A DNA stretch of 64,000 bases from the NCBI GenBank assembly GCA_010909165.1, contig MU008158.1, positions 3,063,478 to 3,127,477 on the forward strand. The letters run 5' to 3'. The notes under the pieces are model-generated. The model was given only the letters and a program-made list of their open reading frames with translations, was not told the DNA's origin and made no database searches. Of the stretch, positions 59,340 to 64,000 are shown one piece after another. Position 1 is the stretch's first letter, and each line of letters starts with the position of its first letter. Source of the DNA: Anthoceros angustus (Eukaryota > Plantae > Anthocerotophyta). The position numbers and the translations under genes are program-made.

Positions 59340-62300
59340 TGTTTTTTTGTGCACACATGTGTAGTAGGGACAGGTTTTTGGGCCAAACTATAAGGCCCAA
59401 AAAAGGATGGAACATAATGCATAATGTTCCAATTTTCAAAGGCCAAGGAAGATAGTGGTACATATAGTACAAGAGGACTTGACAACCTTGGCCTTTGGGA
59501 TATTTGAAAGGAGGAAACATCATGCATGGTGTGTCCATGCCAAAGGCCAAGGAAGGCAGAGAGGCATATACTACAAAGGACATGTCATCCTTGGCATTTG
59601 GGATTTGTCACAAAACGAAACATCATGCATGTTGTTTCAACCACCAAAGGCCAAGGAAGTTAGTGCTACATATACTACTGGCTTGCTCTTCCCATATGTG
59701 TGTCGAGTTGGATGGCAGAGATGGATGGCAACATGTAAAGGTAAAACATCTTTAGGGTTTAGCGAAGGGGCGTTGGCGTGTTAGAGCATGTGCACATATG
59801 CATGTAATCCCGCATATATAGACATAAATATTACATATGTCTTGTTCCTTGGACTTTGGCCTATAGTAGGATTGAGAGGACATGCTAGCATCCTTGAAAA
59901 GGTTGGTATATAATATATGGATATATATGTAGGAGAAGTTGAAAACGCATCACGCACAAGATGTGCTCAGGTTTTTTCTTCCTCTATCCCTTGCAAAAGG
60001 CAAATTTTCCATTCATCCTCGACAAAGTTCCTTGGCCTATGGCTAAGGAACTTTGTGCAGGCTGCAATGGAAAAGCTTCCTATTTTTTTTTGCCCTTTTC
60101 TATGTTTCGCGAATGGTTTTCCTTTATATGCATCAATGAAAAGGGTCCTTGCCCTTTGGTAGAAGTGAATGTTAATGTCTTCGTCTTGGAAATGAGGTAT
60201 ATTATGTATGTCTATATATGCATGAATAACACCGTATACCTGCATGATATGTGAGAAGTTGTGCTCTGGTTTTGCCTTCTTCTATCCTTCGTCCATGGCA
60301 TGAGATGTAAAGGTAAAACATCTTTAGGGTTTAGCGAAGGGGCGTTGGCGTTAGAGCATGTGCACATATGCATGTAATCCTGCATATATAGACATAAATA
60401 TTACATATGTCTTGTTCCTTGGACTTTGGCCTATAGTAGGATTGAGAGGACATGCTAGCATCCTTGAAAGGTTGGTATATAATATATGGATATATATGTA
60501 GGAGAAGTTGAAAACTATGTCACGCAAGATGTGCTCGTTTTTCTTCCTCTATCCCTTGCATAAATCAAATTTTCCATGCATCGTCGATAAAGTTTCTTGG
60601 CATATGCCTAAGGATCTTTGTGCGTTGCAATGGAAAAGCTTCTTATTTTTGTTTCCCTTTTCTATGTATCGCGAAAGGGTTTTCCTTTATATGCATCAAT
60701 GAAAAGGGTCCTTGCACTTTGGTACAAGTGATGATAATGTCTTCGCCTTGGAAAAGAGGTATATTATGTTTTCTATATATGCGGAAAAACACCGTATACC
60801 GCATGATATGTGAGAAGTTGTGCTCTAGTTTTGCCTTCTTCTATCCTTCGTCGATGGAGTTTCATGCATCATGAACAAAGTTCCTTGGGGCATGGGGAAT
60901 GAACTTTGTCCATGATGCATCGCATATGGTTTTTGCCCTTTTTTCCGTAAGCTTCGGAAAATGGTCCTTGGCCTTTGGTAGAAGTGAATGGTAATGTCTT
61001 CATCTTAGAACTAAGGTATATTATGTATGTCTATATATGCAAGAATAACACCGTTAACGTGCATGATAGGATAGAAGTTGTGTTGTGGGTTTTTGCCTTT
61101 TGTGCTTCGCATGTTTTTTGTGCACACATGTGTAGTAGGGACAGGTTTTTGGGCCAAACTATAAGGCCCAAAAAAGGATGGAACATAATGCATAATGTTC
61201 CAATTTTCAAAGGCCAAGGAAGATAGTGGTACATATAGTATAGAGGACTTCACAACCTTGGCCTTTGGGATATTTGAAAGGAGGAAACATCATGCATGGT
61301 GTGTCCATGCCAAAGGCCAAGGAAGGTAGTGAGGCATATACTACAAAGGACATGTCGTCCTTGGCATTTGGGATTTGTCCCAAAACGAAACATCATGCAT
61401 GTTGTTTATGCCACCAAAGGCCAAGGAAGTTAGTGCTACATATACTAGAGGCAGGCTTGCTCTTCCCATATGTGTGTGTCAGTAGTTGGATGGCACAGTA
61501 GATGGATGGCACAGAACATGTAAAGGTAAAACATCTTTGGGGTTTAGCGAAGGGACGTTGGCGTGTTAGAGCATGTGCACATATGCATGTAATTCTGCAT
61601 ATATAGACAGAAATATGACATATGTCTTGGTCCTTGGACTTTGGCCTAAAGTAGGATTGAGAGGACATGATAGCGTCCTTGAAAGGTTGGTATATAATAT
61701 ATGGATATATATGTAGGAGGAAGTCGAAAACTAAGCATGCTGCAGCACAAGATGTGCTCAGGTTTTTTCTTCCTCTATCCCTTGCATAAATCAAATTTTC
61801 CATGCATCGTGCATAAAGTTCCTTGGCATATGCCTAAGGATCTTTGTCAGTATGAAAAGCTTCTTATTTTTGTTTCCCTTTTCTATGTATCGCGAAAGGG
61901 TTTTCCTTAATATGCATCAATGAAAAGGGTCCTTGCACTTTGGTACAAGTGGTGATAATGTCTTCGCCTTGGAAAAGAGGTATATTATGTTTTTCTATAT
62001 ATGCGAAGAACACCGTACCGCATGATATGTGAGAAGTTGTGCTCTAGTTTTGCCTTCTTCTATCCTTCGTCGATGGCAATGTTTATGCATCATGAACAAA
62101 GTTCCTTGGGGCATGGGGAACTTGTCCATGATGCATCAAACGCATATGGTTTTTGCCCTTTTTTCTTTGACTTCGGAAAATGGTCCTTGGCCTTTGGTAG
62201 AAGTGAATGGTAATGTCTTCATCTTAGAAGGGTATATTATGTATGTCTATATATGCAAGAATAACACCGTTAACGTGCATGATAGGATAGAAGTTGTGTT

Positions 62301-64000
62301 GTGGGTTTTTGCCTTTTGTGGCATTGTTTTTCCATGCATCGTCGATAAAGTTCCTTGGCCTATGGCGAAGGAACTGTGTGCATTGAAAAGTTCCTTTCCA
62401 TATGTTACCTTTTGTATGCTTCGTGCATCTTTCCCGACATGTGGGAAAGGCTCCTTGGTCTTTGGCAGATGTGACAATGAATGTATTCGTCGTTGAACTG
62501 AGGTATATCATGTATGTCTATATATGTGCAGGAATAACAACGTAAACCTGCATGACATGGGCGAAGTTTTGTTTTGGTTTTGTCCCGTTGTAATCTTCGG
62601 CTGTGGCAATTCTTTGAATGCAGCATCCAAAAAGTTGTGTGGCCCATGGGGATTGATTTTTTCCCACGATGCGCCGAAATTTCCCTTGTGTTTTTTCACC
62701 ATGCTTGGCCTATGTGTATGCTTGGCCAATGGAATTGTCTCTACATGCATCATCGAAAAGGGTCCTTGGCCTATGGTACAAGTCATTGTTCATGACCGGT
62801 CTTTGAAAATAGTTATATCATACATGGCTATATATGTAGGAATAACGTGGAAAACAACAAGGTGCTTGCGGTTGGCATACACGTTTTCCCTCCGCATCGT
62901 GGGCGTAAAACATTGGCCACATGGCGGATGACGCATGATGCATACGCTGTCGCATGACCGCACTTGGGCGATCTCAAGGTTGTGGAGTCCGAGGCACAAA
63001 CGCCAAGGAACGGCAGCGCAAACTCGCCCCGTCGCCGCGATCCACAACGGCGGCAGTGAACGTTGGGAAGCCCCGAACTTGCCGTGATGGGCGAAGTTTT
63101 GTTTTGGTTTTGTCCGTTGTAATCTTCGCGGCAATTCTTTGAATGCATCCTCCAAAAGTTGTGTGGCCCATGGGGATTGATTTTTCCCACGATGCGTAAA
63201 TTTTCCTTGTGTTTTTTCTGTATGCTTGGCCTATGTATGCTTGGCGATGGAATTGTCTCTACATGCATCATCGAAAAGGGTCCTTGGCCTATGGTACAAG
63301 TCATTGTTCATGACCGGTCTTTGAAAATAGTTATATCATACATGGCTATATATGTAGGAATAACGTGGAAAACAACAAGGTGCTTGCGGTTGGCATACAC
63401 GTTTTCCCTCCGCATCGTGGGCGTAAAACATTGGCCACATGGCGGATGACGCGGATGATGCAATACGCTGTCGCATGACCGCACTTGGGCGATCTCAAGG
63501 TTGTGGAGTCCGAGGCACAAACGCCAAGGAACGGCAGCGCAAACTCGCCCCGTCGCCGCGATCCACAACGGCGGCAGTGAACGTTGGGAAGCCCCGAACT
63601 TGCCGTGATGGGCGAAGTTTTGTTTTGGTTTTGTCCTTGTAATCTTCGCAATGGCAATTCTTTGAATGCATCCTCCAAAAGTTGTGTGGCCCATGGGGAT
63701 TGATTTTTCCCACGATGCGCCGAAATTTCCTTGTGTTTTTCCGTGCTTGGGCTATGTGTATGCTTGGCGACTGGAATTGTCTCTACATGCATCATCGAAA
63801 AGGGTCCTTGGCCTATGGTACAAGTCATTGTTCATGACCTGGTCTTTGAAAATAGTTATATCATACATGGCTATATATGTAGGAATAACGTGGAAAACGA
63901 ACAAGGTGCTTGCGAAGTTGGCATACGGTTTTCCCCTCCGCATCGTGGGCAGAAAACATTGGCCACATGGCGGATGACGTTTTTGCATGATGCATGCCAA
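59340..64000. repeat. AT/CATG-rich nested tandem array (~570 bp, ~1.77 kb and ~520 bp units) running off the window
   Basis: GTTTTTTGTGCACACATGTGTAGTAGGGACAGG at ~59342 and 61113; ATGTAAAGGTAAAACATCTTT at ~59733, 60305, 61518; ATGGGCGAAGTTTTGTTTTGG at ~62558, 63087, 63608. No credible ORF. Confidence 0.88.

Overview
Eukaryotic nuclear DNA from a seed-free land plant, most likely a hornwort (inferred from short GT-AG introns and a GRP-type DYW:KP PPR gene). The first ~14 kb is host gene space: the AT-rich last exon of a multi-pass membrane protein, a spliced PHD+BAH chromatin-reader gene, a 4-exon pectin methylesterase, and a decayed minus-strand PPR gene (two OSB-type PDF motifs + PLS array + E + DYW:KP/GRP domain). 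The 5' end of that PPR gene appears to be interrupted by two large DNA transposons sitting 37 bp apart. (1) An ~18 kb element (15916-34109) has TATGG...CCATA ends, a 5/6-matching 6-bp TSD, an intron-containing IS3/integrase-core DDE transposase and a second gene ending in a HECT E3 ubiquitin-ligase domain; it looks like an IS3EU-like transposon, a group I know mainly from animals and fungi. (2) A ~25 kb CACTA/EnSpm element (34147-59288) has non-canonical CCCTA termini, a CAT TSD, a frameshifted TnpD, a ~1.3 kb internal foldback and unassigned cargo. A CATG-rich nested repeat array fills the last 4.7 kb. Much of 13-64 kb is tandemly duplicated in 0.2-2.2 kb units; several pairs differ mostly by small indels and homopolymer lengths, so some copy numbers and frameshifts may be long-read assembly artefacts. 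All domain calls are by-eye motif recognition; no searches were run.
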